Of a stretch of 64,000 bases of DNA, positions 61,901-64,000 are shown piece after piece. The DNA lies in contig NC_135761.1 of the NCBI RefSeq assembly GCF_052425735.1, forward strand, positions 13,392,001 through 13,456,000. Reading direction: 5' to 3'. The translations under genes and the position numbers were made by a program. This DNA is from Oculina patagonica (taxonomy: Eukaryota). Each line of letters starts with the position of its first letter. Position 1 is the stretch's first letter. The notes under the pieces were generated by a model. It was not told the DNA's origin and did no database searches. It was given only the letters and a program-made list of their open reading frames with translations.

Positions 61901-63048
61901 AATACAGTAGAACCCCGGTAACTCGAACTCGGATAACTCGAACAATCCCGCTAACTCGAACTAGCTTCTATTTCCCTTGGACCCACTTTTCAGCCATTTT
62001 TACTCGGTTAATTCGAAAACCCCGCTAACTCGAACTGTTTTTCGTTTCCCTTTAGAGTTCGAGTTACCGGGGTTCAACTGTAATTGTTAATAAAAAACCT
62101 ACTGCGCTATTCCCTGGGTAGTGATTTATTTGGTGGATAGTATTATCCACCCTGAATTATAAGCGACAAAAATTTCTGATCATTTGCATGTATCTGGCAT
62201 AAAAAATATGGAATTAAGGTGATTCCTCAGTATTGAATTGCGCATCCATAGCGCGCAGAATTTGACACGTGATTAGCACGCGTACATGAACAAAATGGCA
62301 GCTTTCTATACGGATTGGCCCGCGAGGGAGATAAATTGTTGTTTTCTCGTAAACGAGCATGGTGACCTACATTTTTATTGTCATAAATGTCCTCTTTGAG
62401 CTAGACAATTTTAAAAAAAATGATCAGAGGGAAAAAATATATAAAAAACCGGTACTCAAGAACGTATATTATAACCTTGACATAAACAACTCGAGGGACA
62501 TTTTTGATTCGATGTTGTTTGGATATAACACTGTTCCTTATACTCGAAACACTTTACCTATCAATTTTTTGTTTAAGTATTACTTTATAAAACTCTGCTT
62601 CCAGCTACCGCAAAATGTAATGTGGACCGATGAAATAACACGTGTGATTAGTACCAGAACAGGCATAAATGGGGTAAGATATGTTCCATCATATCTCTTT
62701 TGCAAGCATGGTGACCTATCCTTTTTATTTTATAATTTTTTTTGGAAATAGTGCTTGGTAGGGAACATCCAGGGAAAGTTTCAAAAAACCATTCGGGAAC
62801 TTTTATTTCTGAGGAATCACCTTAAAAACTTGGTACTGTTCAGGGATAATGTTGCTATGACAAGAAAGTGCCAATAAGTACTACAGTGTCACACAATTAT
62901 ATTCTTGACTGCCTGTGTAAGGACTCTGTTTTGTTACTCTACAGGGTTATGCAAGAGATTCTGGTGCACTTCCAGCCCGAGCCATCCCTCCCTGGACCAC
63001 CGACTCCTTCGACTCTGTCCTCACTTACAACTGTAGCAAGTCAGTCTG
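31868..63048 (+). CDS. EDC4: Enhancer of mRNA decapping 4 (Ge-1/Hedls), N-terminal WD40 region; gene continues past the window end
   Basis: Exons 31868-31953, 33399-33507, 33821-33920, 46173-46356, 48756-48915, 50409-50522, 52030-52211, 52971-53066, 53191-53220, 60637-60715, 61537-61817 and 62945-63048 splice in frame. Peptides (SNKIKFNSMANYVWELRYYRG, RTLIKGFVG, LACVDEGGNVYIW, SEGALSPDSSVLATASEDGYIKFW, WRFLITGAEFNREIKVWCTVTWSCLQTIRF, LKVSLDLSG, EEGHAH, EFRLTQPLLSF) are collinear with human EDC4 as I recall it. Confidence 0.93.
32438..33155 (+). mobile_element. 5'-truncated L1/Tx1-like LINE with polyA tail and TSD
   Basis: FQYKMLN...CTFC...ETINHFLFEC; AATAAA plus A-tail; TSD AATGATGTATGGT at 32425-32437 and 33156-33168. 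Confidence 0.88.
33399..33507 (+). CDS. EDC4: EDC4 exon
   Basis: HMTGNDNEGSKSVYGNDVEIITSEAAIPKSGTASNK, gtaaga donor. Confidence 0.85.
33821..33920 (+). CDS. EDC4: EDC4 exon
   Basis: IKFNSMANYVWELRYYRGCLIAVSSKSIAYALR, gtacag donor. Confidence 0.9.
37443..44736 (-). mobile_element. Full-length BEL/Pao LTR retrotransposon nested in the Gypsy element
   Basis: Near-identical LTRs 37443-37864 and 44311-44736 (TG...CA); TSD CACCT; PPT GGCGGGGTGGA. Gag with three Cys/His knuckles, protease AFLDSGC, RT FYVDD, RNaseH HVFSDAS and integrase (HHCC + DDE). Confidence 0.96.
37947..44255 (-). pseudogene. BEL/Pao gag-pol polyprotein, disrupted
   Basis: ORFs 44255-43668, 43644-41923, 41913-41185, 41148-40069 and 40160-37947. 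Two in-frame stops (41923, 41185) and two frameshifts (~43660, ~40150). Confidence 0.9.
45030..45658 (-). mobile_element. Penelope-like retroelement 3' fragment (GIY-YIG endonuclease) inside the Gypsy gag
   Basis: Manual translation gives FIKLPF...QTRRIKSLFNNKDKNTHRSKVVYKGDCSCGVDYIGETVR...EPAKHL...RIVEGLMIQQFRPSLNKQ. Followed by CCTGATGATGGCAAACAGCCGAAAACGT, a Penelope-type terminal motif. Confidence 0.85.
46173..46356 (+). CDS. EDC4: EDC4 exon, followed by a U12 donor
   Basis: RQGYVVRLLNPKTDSRTLIKGFVGMISELAFSHRDSNTLACVDEGGNVYIWVIQEENGKL, then GTATCCTTTT. Confidence 0.9.
46357..48755 (+). other. U12-type (minor spliceosome) GT-AG intron
   Basis: 5' site GTATCCTTTT; branch site ACCTTAAC at 48737-48744, 11 nt before the end of the intron; no long pyrimidine tract; splicing restores the EDC4 frame (GA+A = Glu). 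Confidence 0.9.
46478..46700 (+). mobile_element. tRNA-derived SINE inside the U12 intron
   Basis: A box TAGCTGAGTTGG and B box GGTTCGATTCC, followed by a non-tRNA body and an AT-rich tail. Confidence 0.75.
48756..48915 (+). CDS. EDC4: EDC4 exon
   Basis: YSVKLHIKRPASTLSEHHRLIWTPYMPD...PLAITHGNQ, gttaca donor. Confidence 0.88.
50409..50522 (+). CDS. EDC4: EDC4 exon
   Basis: VEFINIDSLAEWCGRTEVSIDEIKQGEGYLEIRDGHTK, gtaaac donor. Confidence 0.85.
50930..51426. mobile_element. Tc1/mariner-type MITE (TA TSD)
   Basis: TA|CCTTATTACATGAATTTT...AAAATTTCATGTAATAAGG|TA. Confidence 0.72.
52030..52211 (+). CDS. EDC4: EDC4 exon (WD40 repeat)
   Basis: PISEGALSPDSSVLATASEDGYIKFWQLSDKVKCMHEFQPHGDLPLSRMIFTDNQ, gtaagt donor. 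Confidence 0.92.
52971..53066 (+). CDS. EDC4: EDC4 exon
   Basis: LPMWRFLITGAEFNREIKVWCTVTWSCLQTI, gtaaat donor. Confidence 0.92.
53191..53220 (+). CDS. EDC4: EDC4 30-nt micro-exon
   Basis: ttgtag acceptor, (R)FTSPDVTSS, gtaagt donor; phase 2-2. Confidence 0.75.
56130..56530. repeat. Tandem ~80-bp minisatellite inside the Sola3-like element
   Basis: Repeated caagctatacaattcatgtgatagcagatgacaatttgcaggtgtcttactct...gccacacccctttacaaa. Confidence 0.75.
57454..60257. repeat. ~1.09-kb near-perfect inverted duplication (57454-58540 vs 59171-60257)
   Basis: Reverse-complement identity, including identical ORFs 58275+ and 59206-. The right arm runs into the gap. Confidence 0.92.
57766..57963. mobile_element. 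TTAA-flanked MITE; second copy in the inverted arm at ~59748-59945
   Basis: TTAA|GGTGGCTCCATAGGG...CCCTATGGAGCCACC|TTAA. Confidence 0.78.
60258..60611. other. Assembly gap
   Basis: N run with an isolated tca. Confidence 1.
60637..60715 (+). CDS. EDC4: EDC4 exon
   Basis: SIHHSFLKVSLDLSGSYLVISDALKK, gtatac donor. Confidence 0.88.
61537..61817 (+). CDS. EDC4: EDC4 exon
   Basis: VIYVLMFHQDFEEGHAHVTSVAEFRLTQPLLSF...GVQLQLYCIQT, gtaagt donor. Confidence 0.9.
61905..62080. mobile_element. pogo/Tigger-type MITE
   Basis: TA|CAGTAGAACCCCGGTAACTCGAAC...GTTCGAGTTACCGGGGTTCAACTG|TA. Confidence 0.82.
62945..63048 (+). CDS. EDC4: EDC4 exon
   Basis: VMQEILVHFQPEPSLPGPPTPSTLSSLTTVASQS, gtgagt donor. Confidence 0.85.
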
Positions 63049-64000
63049 GTGAGTCTCTTGCCTGTGTAGAGAATAACAGATGTTGTAGTTCAAAATGAAT
63101 TTCAGGCCTAAATGAAAATCTTGAACAAAGAAAAATACAAATGAAACATGTCAAAATAATTTTGACCAGAAATTTATTAACCCCCCCAATACATAGACAT
63201 AGAGACTCTAGGAGTGTTTTATTTCCAAGAGGGAAAAGTTGGTTTTAATTCTCTGTATGGGAAAGAGGAATTTCTAAATAATGGGTTTTTCATAATCTTG
63301 TGTTGTTTACTTGTCTAGTATTGTCAACAACACCAACAACAACAATCTTTATTCGTGTTGTCAGTGTTACCTTGTAGCACTTGCAAAAATTCATATCGGA
63401 CATGTTTTCTTCCATAAATGAACTCACAACTTGATTCTAAACAACGGTTTTTATCGGCTAAACTCACTTCTACAGATCACAGATCTCACTTGCCATGTGC
63501 TCGGAAAAAACAACACATGTATCCCATAATGTTTTTGAAACAGTTCTAGTCCCAACCGTGCCTGGGCTGGTAATGCCTGACGGTAACTGGGCTGGTAATG
63601 CCTGACGTCAGGTAACGCCTGACGAATTTTACAAAATTTGCATAACTCAAATCTCGACACTCTCCCCTATTTGATCAAAGAAGTTAGATCAAATACTTCA
63701 GTGCATTTGTGTACAGTGTTCAATAATCAGTATTCAGCTGCCTCCATGCGTGCAAGGCAACGGATATTGTCAGTGGCTGCGATAGCAGCCCTCCTCCGGG
63801 GAAGACATTCCTTTGCACGTGGACTCATTTGAGACACAGTATTTGTAGCACCCTATTACCAAACATTCTGTGAAAAAAGTCTCTTCGGTGAAAAGTTAGC
63901 TAATGTAATGTGCGTATTACAATTAAAAATGAACTCCATTTATCACTCACTCTCTTTCCTCGTCGGAAATGTTTTTTAATCTTTAGTAAACCCCACTTGT

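Overview
Eukaryotic, AT-rich, intron- and repeat-rich animal DNA with two assembly gaps (26603-27102, 60258-60611). The repeat landscape resembles that of a stony coral or other cnidarian (inference). Two + strand spliced genes were reconstructed by hand. (1) A 7-exon, ~760-aa chimeric gene (9221-18576) encodes two tandem CYLD-type CAP-Gly domains, a Tyr-motif linker, a long Q/E/R coiled coil and an intact TKL-type kinase. It lies downstream of a duplicated copy of the neighbouring EDC4 promoter/first-exon region. (2) The 5' half of EDC4/Ge-1 (enhancer of mRNA decapping 4; WD40 region) has exons from ~29171 or 31868 to 63048 and continues beyond the window. It contains a U12-type minor intron and a 30-nt micro-exon. 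One EDC4 intron holds a nest of retroelements: a Gypsy LTR element carrying a young full-length BEL/Pao element and a Penelope GIY-YIG fragment. Another intron holds a Sola3-like long-TIR transposon with a 1.09-kb inverted copy of its own flank and patchwork filler DNA. Helitron-like pieces (OTU remnant), L1/Tx1-like LINE 3' ends, a tRNA-derived SINE and many MITEs fill the rest. All homology calls come from motif recognition, not database searches.
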